DNA of 64,000 nucleotides from an uncultured Pirellulaceae bacterium (GTDB taxonomy: Bacteria > Planctomycetota > Planctomycetia > Pirellulales > Pirellulaceae): positions 15,406 through 79,405 of the forward strand of contig CAYZPA010000011.1 in assembly GCA_964479855.1 (NCBI GenBank). The letters are read 5' to 3'. The position numbers and the translations under genes were made by a program. This document shows positions 49,027-59,386 of this stretch, in pieces (positions within the stretch are counted from its first letter, which is position 1; every line of letters starts with the position of its first letter). Below the pieces are notes generated by a model. The model worked only from the letters and a program-made list of their open reading frames with translations. It made no database searches and had not been told where the DNA came from.

Positions 49027-49929
49027 TCAATTGGCAAACTGCGCAAGTGCGATTTTCACCGTTGAGAAGTGAATGTCGACGATATCCTCGACATCGTTGG
49101 CGTACCCGCCGGCCATCGCAATCGCCACCGGAACACTCCTTCCGCGAAAGAAATCGATTACATATTGATCTCGCCGCCGCAGCCCGTCCTTGGAAACGCT
49201 CAGCTGCCCCAGCCGATCGCCCTCGAATGGATCAGCACCGGCAAGGTAGAACACAAGCTCGGGCTCGAACCGGGAACACGCCTGCTCGATGCCGTTGCTC
49301 AGCGCGTCAAGGTAGACCTGATCCGTTGCCCCCGGAGGCAAATTAACATCGAGATCTCCAGCCGTTTTCTTGAACGGAAAATTGGACTCGCACTGAACCG
49401 ACAGCGTAAAAATGGAGTCATCGTCCCTCGCAATCGCGGCCGTTCCGTTACCCTGATGCACATCACAATCAACAACCATCACGCGGTCAACGGCTGACTC
49501 CAATTGAATCACCCGAGCCGCAACACAGGAATCGTTGAAAACGCAAAAGCCCTGTCCTCGGTCGGCAAAAGAATGATGCGTGCCACCGGCAAGGTTGATC
49601 GAAATTCCATCCGCCATTGCTGAACGAGCCGCCGCGATCGTCGCACCGGTTGATCGCCTCGAACGCTCAACCATTTTAAGCGACCATGGAAAACCAATCC
49701 GACGTTGTTCAAGCGTGCTCAAGCCACCATACTTCACGCGATCGAGGTAATCGCGATCGTGAACCAGTACCAGTTGTTCGTCGGTTGCGGCGGGTGGCAG
49801 CAACAATTCCGCTCCGCGTTCAGTAAGCTCATTGGCAACGCGTTCTCGCAATCGAGTATATTTTGACATCGGAAAACGATGACCATCCGGCAACGGTAGC
49901 TCAAACACATCCGAATAATAAAGCTTCAT
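49027..49929 (-). CDS. Histone-deacetylase-family protein
   Basis: HRFPMSKY, NLAGGTHH, GFCVFND, DCDVHQGNGT, YLAGADP, MAGGY. Confidence 0.95.
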   Translation of the reverse strand: MKLYYSDVFELPLPDGHRFPMSKYTRLRERVANELTERGAELLLPPAATDEQLVLVHDRDYLDRVKYGGLSTLEQRRIGFPWSLKMVERSRRSTGATIAAARSAMADGISINLAGGTHHSFADRGQGFCVFNDSCVAARVIQLESAVDRVMVVDCDVHQGNGTAAIARDDDSIFTLSVQCESNFPFKKTAGDLDVNLPPGATDQVYLDALSNGIEQACSRFEPELVFYLAGADPFEGDRLGQLSVSKDGLRRRDQYVIDFFRGRSVPVAIAMAGGYANDVEDIVDIHFSTVKIALAQFAN

Positions 49930-49954
49930 GGCCGCAGCGACGATTCCATCGAGC

Positions 49955-50452
49955 CTAATTCAAAGAACGTGAACCGTTGGAAAATTGCAGTCGCGCGTCG
50001 GCTTCCGAACGACTGACATCAACCGTGACCGTGGCGGACGACTTTTCCGTTTCCCAGACAACGACTTTCGACAATCGCAAATCGTAGCCTTTGATATTTC
50101 CAATCAACTCGGGGCCGATTTCGTTAAGCAGGTAGCGAGCCATATTTTCCGCCGTCGGATTGTACGGCATTTCGTAAATCCGATGAGGCGTGACTTGTTC
50201 AAGCGCCTCGATGGCGTTTCGATCGTGGTCCCAAAGAATAAACCCGTGATCCCAGTTACGATCGATCCAGCCTTTGAACAGTTTGTCGATGACGGCAAAA
50301 TCCACGACTCGCCCAAGCTCATCGACCTCGTTACTGGTCACGTAAAACTCGACCAAATAATTGTGGCCGTGCAGGTTCGCACATTTGCCTTCATGATTCA
50401 GCAATCGATGGCCCGCACAAAAACGAACCTGACGCATAACGGTGATACTCAT
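49955..50452 (-). CDS. queD: 6-carboxytetrahydropterin synthase / PTPS-family protein
   Basis: FCAGHRL, CANLHGHNY, VVDF, WDH, NPTAENMA, VWET. Confidence 0.85.
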   Translation of the reverse strand: MSITVMRQVRFCAGHRLLNHEGKCANLHGHNYLVEFYVTSNEVDELGRVVDFAVIDKLFKGWIDRNWDHGFILWDHDRNAIEALEQVTPHRIYEMPYNPTAENMARYLLNEIGPELIGNIKGYDLRLSKVVVWETEKSSATVTVDVSRSEADARLQFSNGSRSLN

Positions 50453-50471
50453 CCAGTTTCCAGTTCGACGC

Positions 50472-50843
50472 TTAAGCTTTGTCTTGAGACAGTTTGGAAT
50501 CAACCGTCAGTTTTTCATTTTTCAAATGCCGAGTGGCATCACGTTTTGTTTTCTTGGCCAGATTCTGATGGAAGGCCTCTGTCAAATCGACTCCCGTCTG
50601 ATTCGCCAGACAGATCAACACGAACAACACATCAGCCATTTCGTCTTTCAACGAAACTTTCGTGTCAGACTCTTTAAAACTCTGCTCGCCATAGGTCCGC
50701 GAAATGATACGAGCCATCTCGCCGACTTCCTCGACCAGTTGAGCCAAATTGGTGAGCTCCGAAAAGTACCGAACTCCAACCTCTTTGATCCACTGATCGA
50801 CTCGTTCCTGAGCGTCTTTCAAGGTCAAAGGTTCAGACGACAT
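50472..50843 (-). CDS. MazG-like nucleotide pyrophosphohydrolase (YpjD type)
   Basis: YFSELTNLAQLVEEVGEMAR, DEMADVLFVLICLANQTG; real start probably MSSEPL at 50843. Confidence 0.92.
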   Translation of the reverse strand: MSSEPLTLKDAQERVDQWIKEVGVRYFSELTNLAQLVEEVGEMARIISRTYGEQSFKESDTKVSLKDEMADVLFVLICLANQTGVDLTEAFHQNLAKKTKRDATRHLKNEKLTVDSKLSQDKA

Positions 50844-51063
50844 TGATTCGGGTTCCGTGTTTCGTGGCTCGCACTTCCGTTCTTGATCGCATTTCAGTCG
50901 ATCCTTTCGAAAGCGGTGCAGAATTATCCGCAACGCAAGATTATATTGTCCAGCGAACTCTTTACTACGGCAAAAAGCCTGGTGGTTCCAACTGCCAAAA
51001 TACCAAAACGCCGAAGCGTCAAAATGCCGACCCGCCAACAACCCACCATTAACCGATCCGAAA

Positions 51064-52077
51064 ATGCCTGATCTGCCAAACATTGTCACCTGCTTTCCTT
51101 TGACGCAGCCCCAAATTGAAGCGATTCGTGGCTTCAGTTCGCCCAACTTCAACGTGATTCAGGCTTCGATGGAGTCGATCGGCAAAGACATTATGGAAGC
51201 GACCGTCTTCTTCGGCCACGCCAAAACACCCGTCGACTGGGCCGCCGTCGTCGCGCAAGGAAAGCTAAAGTGGATCCAGTCTTCGGCTGCCGGGCTGGAC
51301 CATTGCCTGACGCCGGAGGTCATTGCTTCCGAAATTCCGGTTAGCGGATGTAGCGCATTGTTCGCCCCACAAGTCGCCGAGACATCGATGGCGTTGCTGA
51401 TGGGATTGCTTCGCAGTTTGCCCGTTTTCTTTGAAGCGAAATCCAACAAGGACTACACCCGTCGCTACACGGACGAACTTTTTGGCAAGACCGTCGGCAT
51501 CATCGGTTACGGAGGGAACGGCCAACAGATCGCTCGAACGCTTGCTCCGATGGCGAACCGCATCATCGCCACCGACAAGTTCCATGACACCACCGATCCT
51601 TTGCCGGTCGAACAGAGAGTCGCCGAAATCCTTCCCGCCGCTCAGCTTGATCAATTGTTGCAGCAATCGGATATCGTGATCGTGACGCTGCCGCTAAGCG
51701 AAGAGAACGAGCAACTTCTTTCCGACGAACAGTTTTCAATGATGCCAGCCGGCAGCTACCTCATCAATGTTGGCCGAGGAAGTGTCGTCGATCAGGAGGC
51801 TTTGATCCGGCACATCGAATCGGGCCACTTGAAAGGAGTCGGAATCGATGTCGCTGATCCAGAACCGATCCCGGTCGATTGCAAGCTTTGGGATTTTTCG
51901 AATGTGATCATCACGCCTCACATCGGTGCCCAGTCCGAACATCGGGTCCCTCGAACGATTGACCTGTTTGAGAAAAATCTTCCTCGGTTTCTCGACGGTG
52001 AAACGTTGTTAAACTTGGTTGACAAACGTCTGGGCTATCCAAGACCTGAGCATCGTTACATGCCGCAGTTTGTCTAG
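51064..52077 (+). CDS. D-2-hydroxyacid dehydrogenase family protein
   Basis: GIIGYGGNG, INVGRG, DVADPEP, ITPHIG. Confidence 0.93.
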   Translation: MPDLPNIVTCFPLTQPQIEAIRGFSSPNFNVIQASMESIGKDIMEATVFFGHAKTPVDWAAVVAQGKLKWIQSSAAGLDHCLTPEVIASEIPVSGCSALFAPQVAETSMALLMGLLRSLPVFFEAKSNKDYTRRYTDELFGKTVGIIGYGGNGQQIARTLAPMANRIIATDKFHDTTDPLPVEQRVAEILPAAQLDQLLQQSDIVIVTLPLSEENEQLLSDEQFSMMPAGSYLINVGRGSVVDQEALIRHIESGHLKGVGIDVADPEPIPVDCKLWDFSNVIITPHIGAQSEHRVPRTIDLFEKNLPRFLDGETLLNLVDKRLGYPRPEHRYMPQFV

Positions 52078-52289
52078 CATTGGGCTTTGCATGAAACTGT
52101 CAGGCGATAGTTGACGAAAGCCACGGTCGATGACACTTCAACGGGCTGTCGCCAAGGCGGCTCATTAATTCACGGCCCTTCTTCGGTCGCAGCTCCAGGC
52201 TTGGATCCGAGCGAAACAAACGCTGGCGACCTCTCGCACAACCCCTTGTTTTCCGCCAAAAACGTCCCATTCATCGCCCATCCGGCTCT

Positions 52290-52305
52290 TGGCACGGTGT
52301 TTGCA
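52290..52305 (+). promoter_or_regulatory. Sigma-54 (-24/-12) promoter of clpB
   Basis: TGGCAC-GGTGT-TTGCA is an exact TGGCAC-N5-TTGCA match, about 60 nt before the ATG. Confidence 0.75.
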
Positions 52306-52364
52306 ATTCTTCGGATCACAGCCATTAGCTGCCAAATCAGCACTTAAGCCGATCGGAGAATTTT

Positions 52365-54998
52365 ATGTCGTTCCAATTCGAAAAACTAACCACAAAAGCA
52401 CGCGAAGCCGTTTCATCCGCTCAGATGACCGCATCCGCCAAAGGCCACGTTGAAATGACGTCGCTCCATTTGCTTTATGGTTTGCTAAACGATCAAGGCG
52501 GCGTTGTACGCCCGCTGATCGAATCCATCGGTGCTCCAATCGACCAGCTTCAATCCATCGTCGATTCGGAACTGAAGCGCTTTCCTTCCTCAAACAGCAG
52601 CAACGCGCCGGGAGCCAGTCGCGAACTGCAAACCGTGCTTGAGAAATCTTCTGAAGTGATGAATTCGATGGGAGACGAATTCGTATCCACAGAACACCTG
52701 CTGCTCGCCTGCGCTAAAACGGACTGCAAAGCCAAACGGCTTTTAGATCTAAACGCAATCGATGAAAAATCGCTATTGGAAGGGCTCGCAAAAATTCGCG
52801 GCAACACCAAAGTCACCGATCAAAATCCTGAAGACAAATATCAGGTCCTCGAAAAGTTCACCATCGATCTGGTGGCCTTGGCAAAATCTGGCAAGCTCGA
52901 CCCTGTCATTGGCCGCGACGAAGAAATTCGCCGCGTCATCCAGGTACTTTCGCGTCGCAGCAAGAACAATCCTGTCCTGATTGGACAGCCCGGCGTCGGC
53001 AAAACCGCAATCGCTGAAGGTCTGGCCCTGCGCATCGTTCAAAACGATATCCCTCAAAGTCTGCGCGACAAAAAAGTCGTCGCATTGGACATGGGAGCTC
53101 TGATCGCTGGAGCGAAATTCCGAGGCGAATTCGAAGACCGATTGAAATCCGTTTTGAAAGAAGTCACCGAAGCCGCAGGCCAGATCATTCTATTCATTGA
53201 CGAACTGCACACCGTCGTCGGAGCCGGTGCAGCGGAAGGCGGAAGCGATGCAGCCAATCTGCTCAAACCCGCTTTAGCTCGCGGCGAACTGCACTGCATC
53301 GGCGCGACCACGCTGGACGAATACCGAAAGTACATCGAAAAAGATGCGGCTCTCGAACGCCGCTTCCAACCGGTTTACGTCGGCGAACCTTCTGTCGAAG
53401 ACACCGTTTCTATTCTTCGAGGCTTGAAGCAGCGATACGAAACTCACCATGGAGTCCGGATCACCGATTCCGCCCTGGTTGCCGCGGCCCAGCTTTCAAA
53501 TCGCTATATCACGGACCGCTTCCTTCCCGACAAAGCGATTGACCTGGTCGACGAAGCCGCCAGTCGACTCGCCATTGAACTGGACAGCGTCCCTCAGGAA
53601 ATCGACGTCATTCAGCGCCAATTGACTCAGATGGAACTGGCCGTCCGGCAGCTTTCCGCCGAGGAAAATGCGGACGTCCAGAAACGGCTCGACGAAGTCA
53701 AAACTGAAATGGAACAGAAACGTCGCGAGCTTGCAGACCTGCGCGAACAGTGGGAACGCGAAAAACTGGGTATGACGGACATCCAGAACGTTCGCCAGGA
53801 ACTTGCTGATACGATTCAGGAATTTGAAGTTCTTGACGGGAAAATCAAAGCACGACAATCGTCCGGAATCGCTCCGGGCGAGGCGGATTTCCACGCGCTT
53901 TATGAACTTGATACCCGACGCAAGAAGCTCGAGTCGCAGATCGCGGCGGCTGAATCGGCGAAGGATTCAGAAGCGGATTCGCAGCCGCAGGATGAAAAGC
54001 GTTTGCTTTCAGAAGAAGTTAACGAAGAGGAAATTGCGGAAATCGTTTCCGCTTGGACCGGAGTTCCTCTCAATCGAATGATGGAAACGGAAAAAGCAAA
54101 ACTGCTGGTGATGGAGGAACGGCTACAGCAACGCGTCGTCGGGCAAACTGCCGCCGTCGAAGCGGTTGCCAACGCGGTTCGCCGCAGCCGCAGTGGTTTG
54201 CAGGATCCGAATCGTCCGATCGGTTCGTTCATGTTTCTTGGCCCAACAGGTGTCGGGAAAACGGAGCTTTGCAAAGCGCTGGCTCAAGTCATGTTCAATG
54301 ACGAATCAGCGATGGTGCGAATCGACATGAGCGAATTCATGGAACGGCATAGCGTGAGCCGATTGATCGGGGCGCCTCCGGGATACGTTGGCTACGATGA
54401 AGGCGGCAAGCTGACCGAAGCGGTCCGCCGTCGTCCCTATTGCGTGATTTTGCTGGACGAAATCGAGAAAGCGCACGACGATGTTTACAACATTTTATTG
54501 CAGGTGCTCGACGATGGACGCCTTACCGACAATCACGGCAACACGGTTGATTTCACAAACACCATGATCGTGATGACCAGCAACGTGGGCAGCCAGCTGA
54601 TCCAAAAGATCTCCGAAGAGGGTGGTGATCAAACTGAGATCGACGCAGCGGTTGGACAAGCTCTACAGGCTCGGTTTGCGCCGGAACTGCTAAACCGTGT
54701 GGATGAAAAAATCGTTTTCCATCCGCTGACACGTGAGGAGATTCGCAAAATCGTTACTCTGCAAATCGAAATTTTGCAAACCCGGCTTGCCGATCAGTCA
54801 TGGTCGTTGGAGGTCTCAGAAAACGCTATCGATGCGATCGCGCACGAGGGTTACGACCCGGTTTACGGCGCTCGTCCGCTGAAACGAGTCATCCAGCAAC
54901 GGATCGCGAATCCATTGGCGAGCGAGATATTGAAAGCTTCCACCGAAGGAGGCCAGATCAGTCTGGATTTCGTCGAAGGTGAATACGTTTTTAAATAA
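52365..54998 (+). CDS. clpB: ATP-dependent disaggregase ClpB
   Basis: Two AAA+ modules ([16 protein letters not shown]), [10 protein letters not shown], long coiled-coil M domain, [20 protein letters not shown]. Confidence 0.97.
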   Translation: MSFQFEKLTTKAREAVSSAQMTASAKGHVEMTSLHLLYGLLNDQGGVVRPLIESIGAPIDQLQSIVDSELKRFPSSNSSNAPGASRELQTVLEKSSEVMNSMGDEFVSTEHLLLACAKTDCKAKRLLDLNAIDEKSLLEGLAKIRGNTKVTDQNPEDKYQVLEKFTIDLVALAKSGKLDPVIGRDEEIRRVIQVLSRRSKNNPVLIGQPGVGKTAIAEGLALRIVQNDIPQSLRDKKVVALDMGALIAGAKFRGEFEDRLKSVLKEVTEAAGQIILFIDELHTVVGAGAAEGGSDAANLLKPALARGELHCIGATTLDEYRKYIEKDAALERRFQPVYVGEPSVEDTVSILRGLKQRYETHHGVRITDSALVAAAQLSNRYITDRFLPDKAIDLVDEAASRLAIELDSVPQEIDVIQRQLTQMELAVRQLSAEENADVQKRLDEVKTEMEQKRRELADLREQWEREKLGMTDIQNVRQELADTIQEFEVLDGKIKARQSSGIAPGEADFHALYELDTRRKKLESQIAAAESAKDSEADSQPQDEKRLLSEEVNEEEIAEIVSAWTGVPLNRMMETEKAKLLVMEERLQQRVVGQTAAVEAVANAVRRSRSGLQDPNRPIGSFMFLGPTGVGKTELCKALAQVMFNDESAMVRIDMSEFMERHSVSRLIGAPPGYVGYDEGGKLTEAVRRRPYCVILLDEIEKAHDDVYNILLQVLDDGRLTDNHGNTVDFTNTMIVMTSNVGSQLIQKISEEGGDQTEIDAAVGQALQARFAPELLNRVDEKIVFHPLTREEIRKIVTLQIEILQTRLADQSWSLEVSENAIDAIAHEGYDPVYGARPLKRVIQQRIANPLASEILKASTEGGQISLDFVEGEYVFK

Positions 54999-55050
54999 GC
55001 GAATGGGCTCAGTTTCGCGCTGAGCCCGCGTTTTCAATTTCACAACCAGT

Positions 55051-55093
55051 AGCAGGGGCGTTTGACGTGAAGTCACGCCCCTGCTTTTTTTTT
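55051..55093 (+). terminator. Intrinsic terminator after clpB
   Basis: AGCAGGGGCG...CGCCCCTGCT stem followed by a T run. Confidence 0.85.
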
Positions 55094-55113
55094 ATTGGAA
55101 GGGCAAAGTCAAA

Positions 55114-55280
55114 GGGAGCCGTTGGTCGCCGCTGACCCTAAAACCGGGTTAAGGCCTCGGGCACGTCGCGTATCCGTAGCCGATGTTGCCAGCCTTCGGA
55201 CGACGCCTTCTAACACGCCTGAACTCTGGTGAGTCCAGCTACGAATGAACGAACCAGGACGCCTACGCGACTCGGCTCAC
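55114..55280. repeat. Cluster of degenerate REP-like palindromes
   Basis: GTAG-type dyad CGTAGCCGATGTTGCCAGCCTTC (55175) with GAACTCTGGTGAGTCCAGCTACG (55221-55243); GAGCCG/CGGCTCAC-type arms at about 55116 and 55253-55280. Confidence 0.65.
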
Positions 55281-55297
55281 CACGCAGCAAACTGCGG

Positions 55298-55804
55298 TTA
55301 AGCTATCTCTGCCAACGAGTGAATTAGCTGGTTCGTTTCTTCTCGCTTCTTCAATCGCATTTCCTTGCGAGTCGCACGGTCGGCGTGAACGAGCTTTTCT
55401 TCCGCAGAATTGGCAATCGGCACCGGAACCTCTGTCGGTTTTCCGTCAGGCCCCAAAGCGACAAATGTCAGATAGGAAATCGCAGCCAATTCGACGTTGC
55501 CATCGTCTCCCTCAGTCGAAATTTTGATAAACACTTCCATCGAAGTTCGCCCCACCGAGCAAACAAATGACTCGAGGCGAACGATGTCTCCGTTTTGAAT
55601 CGGCTGATGGAAGTGAACGCCATCATTCGAAGCCGTCACCACCGGGCATTTGCTGTGGCGACGAGCAGAAATGGCTGCCGTTTCGTCGATGTACTTCATC
55701 AACAAACCACCAAACATCGTGTCATGCATGTTCGTATCACCCGGCAACACAATATTTTCCTGAACCGCAAAAGAGCGGCTCATCGGAATTTCGGTTCGAG
55801 ACAT
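55298..55804 (-). CDS. Acyl-CoA thioesterase (hotdog fold)
   Basis: VLPGDTN..TMFGG.LMKYIDE.AAISA, VVTAS, VGRTSMEV, LTFVAL. Confidence 0.93.
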   Translation of the reverse strand: MSRTEIPMSRSFAVQENIVLPGDTNMHDTMFGGLLMKYIDETAAISARRHSKCPVVTASNDGVHFHQPIQNGDIVRLESFVCSVGRTSMEVFIKISTEGDDGNVELAAISYLTFVALGPDGKPTEVPVPIANSAEEKLVHADRATRKEMRLKKREETNQLIHSLAEIA

Positions 55805-55902
55805 ATTTCGTTTCTAAAAGAGTGTTTCCATATAAGGCTTGATTCAATAAGCCAGCAACGTTGAGCGTACTCGCGAAAAGCGCAACACGAGAAAGCTAAA
55901 CT

Positions 55903-57138
55903 TCAACTCAGGTTATTAGCACCAGATCCTGACGGCGTCACGGCGGCGCGAAATTGCTGCGACGCATCAATCGCAACCTTCAAATCAGGATTCAAAATCG
56001 TGACGTGGCCCATTTTTCGTCCACGACGCGGCTCTGCTTTCCCATACAAATGCAAACGGACCTCTGAGCCCGTCGACTGCGAGACTTCCGCGATCGCAGC
56101 TTCAAAATTCGGACGACCAGCATTCCAAAGATCGCCCAACAGGTTCAACATCACTGCTGGTTTCTGCTGAACCGGCACTTCAATCGCGTGGCCCGAAACT
56201 GCTAACGCCTGCAAGTCAAACTGCGACAAAGAATAGGAGTCGATCGTCAGATGGCCGGAATTGTGAGGCCTTGGTGCGATCTCGTTCACCAGAACTTCAC
56301 CTGTCTTGCTTACAAAGAATTCAACGCAAAACGTTCCCACCAGCCCAAACTTTTCCGCAACCAATCGAGCAAGTTCATTAACTCGATCGACAACCACCGG
56401 ATCGACACCTTCTTCGACCCATGACAGGTCCAGAATATGATTCACGTGCTGATTCGTGACGGGCCCGATCGTGACGAAGTTATCGTGCTGGTCACCGGCA
56501 ACGATCATGGATAACTCGAAATCCAAATCGATCAGTTTCTCCAACGTGCAGTGCCGCCCTTCAGTCTCCTGATAAATCTCTGCAAGCGACTCCTCCGAGG
56601 CATCCGCAGATACTAGCCATTGACCTTTTCCGTCGTAACCCTCGGTGGATGTTTTCAGCACGCAGTCCGATGCCAGCAACGCCATCCCGGACTTGAAAGT
56701 TTCAAAAGAATCTACGATTTGAAAATCGGACGTTGGAATACCGTGCTCACGCAAGAAGTTTTTTTCAAAGGATCGATTCTGTGCCGTCTGAACAACATTC
56801 AAAGCCGGCTTCAATTGGCAGCGTGAACTGATCGCCTCAAGCGTCGCTGGTGGAATCGACTCAAATTCGTAAGTCACCACATCGCACAGACTGGAAATTT
56901 TCTCAATCGCCGAATCATCATCGAAACTTCCGCAGACAACTTCGTCTGCAAACCGTGCTGCGGGTTCGTCGTCGCGGTTGCAGAAACAGCAAACTCGATA
57001 ACCCAACCGTTGAGCGGCTTGCGTGAAAAACATGCCCAGTTGCCCACCACCGACAAGGCCGATTATCGACCCCTTTGGCAGCGGAGTTGAAGGTAAAGGT
57101 AATTTCGAATCGGATTTCGATTTTTGGATTTCATTCAC
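55903..57138 (-). CDS. purK: N5-carboxyaminoimidazole ribonucleotide synthase
   Basis: GGGQLG, TYEFE, GYDGKGQ, NEIAPRPHNSGH, LYGK..R.GRKMGH; GTG start at 57138 is inferred. Confidence 0.96.
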   Translation of the reverse strand: MNEIQKSKSDSKLPLPSTPLPKGSIIGLVGGGQLGMFFTQAAQRLGYRVCCFCNRDDEPAARFADEVVCGSFDDDSAIEKISSLCDVVTYEFESIPPATLEAISSRCQLKPALNVVQTAQNRSFEKNFLREHGIPTSDFQIVDSFETFKSGMALLASDCVLKTSTEGYDGKGQWLVSADASEESLAEIYQETEGRHCTLEKLIDLDFELSMIVAGDQHDNFVTIGPVTNQHVNHILDLSWVEEGVDPVVVDRVNELARLVAEKFGLVGTFCVEFFVSKTGEVLVNEIAPRPHNSGHLTIDSYSLSQFDLQALAVSGHAIEVPVQQKPAVMLNLLGDLWNAGRPNFEAAIAEVSQSTGSEVRLHLYGKAEPRRGRKMGHVTILNPDLKVAIDASQQFRAAVTPSGSGANNLS

Positions 57139-57154
57139 GTCGGCAGTCCCTGCA

Positions 57155-57661
57155 TCAATCTTTCGGTACGCTATTTTCCAGAACAACTCTGGTTTGATCG
57201 TCGCCAAACTTTTTCAATTTGGCAGCGAGCGATTCGTCACTGAGCGCCAGCACCCGGACGGCCAGCAGCCCGGCGTTCTTTGCTCCAGATTCTCCGATTG
57301 CCAACGTTCCAACCGGCACACCACCAGGCATTTGAGCGATCGAAAGAAGTGAATCGATACCGTTAAGTGCTCGGCTTTTCACCGGAACTCCAAACACAGG
57401 AAGCGTCGTCATCGAAGCGATCATCCCGGGCAAATGAGCGGCTCCCCCGGCTCCCGCGATGATGACCTGAAAACCGTCGCCCGCCGCAGATTTTGCGAAG
57501 TCGAACATTTTCTCCGGAGTTCGATGTGCCGAAACGACTTCGCAGTGCGCCGCAACACCGAACGAATCCAGTATTTCCTTTGCCAGCTTCATGGTCGGCC
57601 AATCGGACTGGCTGCCCATCACGATCGCGACTGGACAATCAACTTTCTGTTGCTGATTCAT
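57155..57661 (-). CDS. purE: N5-CAIR mutase
   Basis: [37 protein letters not shown]. Confidence 0.97.
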   Translation of the reverse strand: MNQQQKVDCPVAIVMGSQSDWPTMKLAKEILDSFGVAAHCEVVSAHRTPEKMFDFAKSAAGDGFQVIIAGAGGAAHLPGMIASMTTLPVFGVPVKSRALNGIDSLLSIAQMPGGVPVGTLAIGESGAKNAGLLAVRVLALSDESLAAKLKKFGDDQTRVVLENSVPKD

Positions 57662-57917
57662 CGGTGTTTCTTTTCGAAAATCAAAGACTCGACTGACGCT
57701 TTCGCAACGCCAATTCCGTCCGGACATTGAACCAGCTTTGCCCTAAAAGTAAACGGGGAATCGCGTTTTCCGCCATTTCCACCGCTGTAGACAGGCAATA
57801 GCGATTTCTCTAGTCTCCGACGACGATACCCGCCCAATACCAAGACGCGTCTTGCGGGCATCCCGCCACCGAATTCCATCGCTGACAACTCGACCAACAT
57901 GAACGTGTAGGCTCACA

Positions 57918-59357
57918 TTGTTGAAGCTGTTTTCAATTTCTGACTTTTGGAACCGCAGGCCGCTGGAGAATCCAGGCGTTCGCATCGAGCGTGCGCTGCT
58001 CGACCGAAGCAGAAGACTGATGGCCGGTTTGTCCGTTGATGCGAAATTTGAATTCGTCACCGGAACGCTGGTTGTGGCTAAAGGACGAGGGAAATTCAAT
58101 CGAGTCCTGTTTTGCGATACCCATCGTGAAGCGATTCCCGAATCGATTCAAACCGACCTTCTTTCGCTCACGCAATCTCCAGAACCAAGCTGCAACGAGT
58201 TTCAGTACTGTGTTTCCGAGCTGGCCAACCTCGAATCGACCGTCATCGAACAACTGAAACTTCGAGCTTCCAAATACGTTGATCGAATTCTTGCCATCTC
58301 TGTCGTCGATCCCGGCCTGTGGTTGAAGGACTTTGATGGAGCATTGTCTTATTCGAGCCTATGCGACGCGAATCGACTTGCGGAACGAACGGGGGTAAGT
58401 GTAATCGACGCGTTTCCAGATCGAGACCTTGCCGTCGGAGGCGATGGAACTCCACTGGAACCGCTGGCGCTCTGGCTGTTGCAGGCCGATAGAAATTCCC
58501 GAATCGCACATCAAATTAACGGAACGATTCAGTTCGCAAATCGCACCACTGGCTATTTGTTCGCGCCGTCAGACGGGCTTGATGCTTCGATCCCGATACC
58601 GATGACCATAGAAACCGAGGGAATGGACCTTGTCGAAGGCATCCTGACTGAAATCCTGAGCGAAGAGATTCCGTTTCGTGAAGTCCGCAAGATGATGGTC
58701 GCCGGAACACATTGTCCTCGTCTCGTCGACCAGTGGAGCCAGTCCAGTTCGCTATCCGAAATGATTGTGGCCGCTGAAAGCTCGTTCGAAAAAGATCGTT
58801 CGGCCGAGACACTTTTTTCGACAGCGATGCACTGGATTTCGACCCGCTGCGAGCAACAAATTGTCGGCGGGCTGAAACGACTGGAGCAGGAACACGCTCG
58901 CGACCGCCAAAAACTCGTCGCCGATTTGGAAGCCTCTCGCGGCAAATCAAGATCAGCAACCAGTTTGCTGGCCGAATTCGATCGGTCCAAGCCCGCGTTC
59001 GAACAACCGGGTAGCATTTTGATTGATGGTCCCGACCATTTGACCGACGTGTTTGTTTCGAAGATTCAAAACCGGTTTGCAGATTCCAGTGTTGCAACCT
59101 CGTTGGAACGAAGCGGCGAAACTCAAATCGCGACGCCGCAAAATCCGACTTCGATCGACCAGCCGAGCCTTGTAGCGGCACTGCTGGGTTTGCTGCACAT
59201 CGACCAGATGCCAGCCAACATTCCGGCACTGACAGGAGCGACTCAACAGCGAATCCTTGGACGACTGACCCCAGGCAGACCCAATCAATGGCGAAACCTG
59301 CTGCGAGAAATGGCAGACTTCGAACCTCCAGCGATGAAGCTTCGTGACGCGGTGTGA
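57918..59357 (+). CDS. Divergent anhydro-N-acetylmuramic acid kinase (AnmK)-like protein
   Basis: LAERTGVSVIDAFPDRDLAVGGDGTPL and PANIPALTGA..RILG match the AnmK pattern; the N-terminal GxMSGTSxDG motif is degenerate. Confidence 0.7.
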   Translation: MLKLFSISDFWNRRPLENPGVRIERALLDRSRRLMAGLSVDAKFEFVTGTLVVAKGRGKFNRVLFCDTHREAIPESIQTDLLSLTQSPEPSCNEFQYCVSELANLESTVIEQLKLRASKYVDRILAISVVDPGLWLKDFDGALSYSSLCDANRLAERTGVSVIDAFPDRDLAVGGDGTPLEPLALWLLQADRNSRIAHQINGTIQFANRTTGYLFAPSDGLDASIPIPMTIETEGMDLVEGILTEILSEEIPFREVRKMMVAGTHCPRLVDQWSQSSSLSEMIVAAESSFEKDRSAETLFSTAMHWISTRCEQQIVGGLKRLEQEHARDRQKLVADLEASRGKSRSATSLLAEFDRSKPAFEQPGSILIDGPDHLTDVFVSKIQNRFADSSVATSLERSGETQIATPQNPTSIDQPSLVAALLGLLHIDQMPANIPALTGATQQRILGRLTPGRPNQWRNLLREMADFEPPAMKLRDAV

Positions 59358-59386
59358 AGCAACCCGACTGCTGGATGATCGTATCA

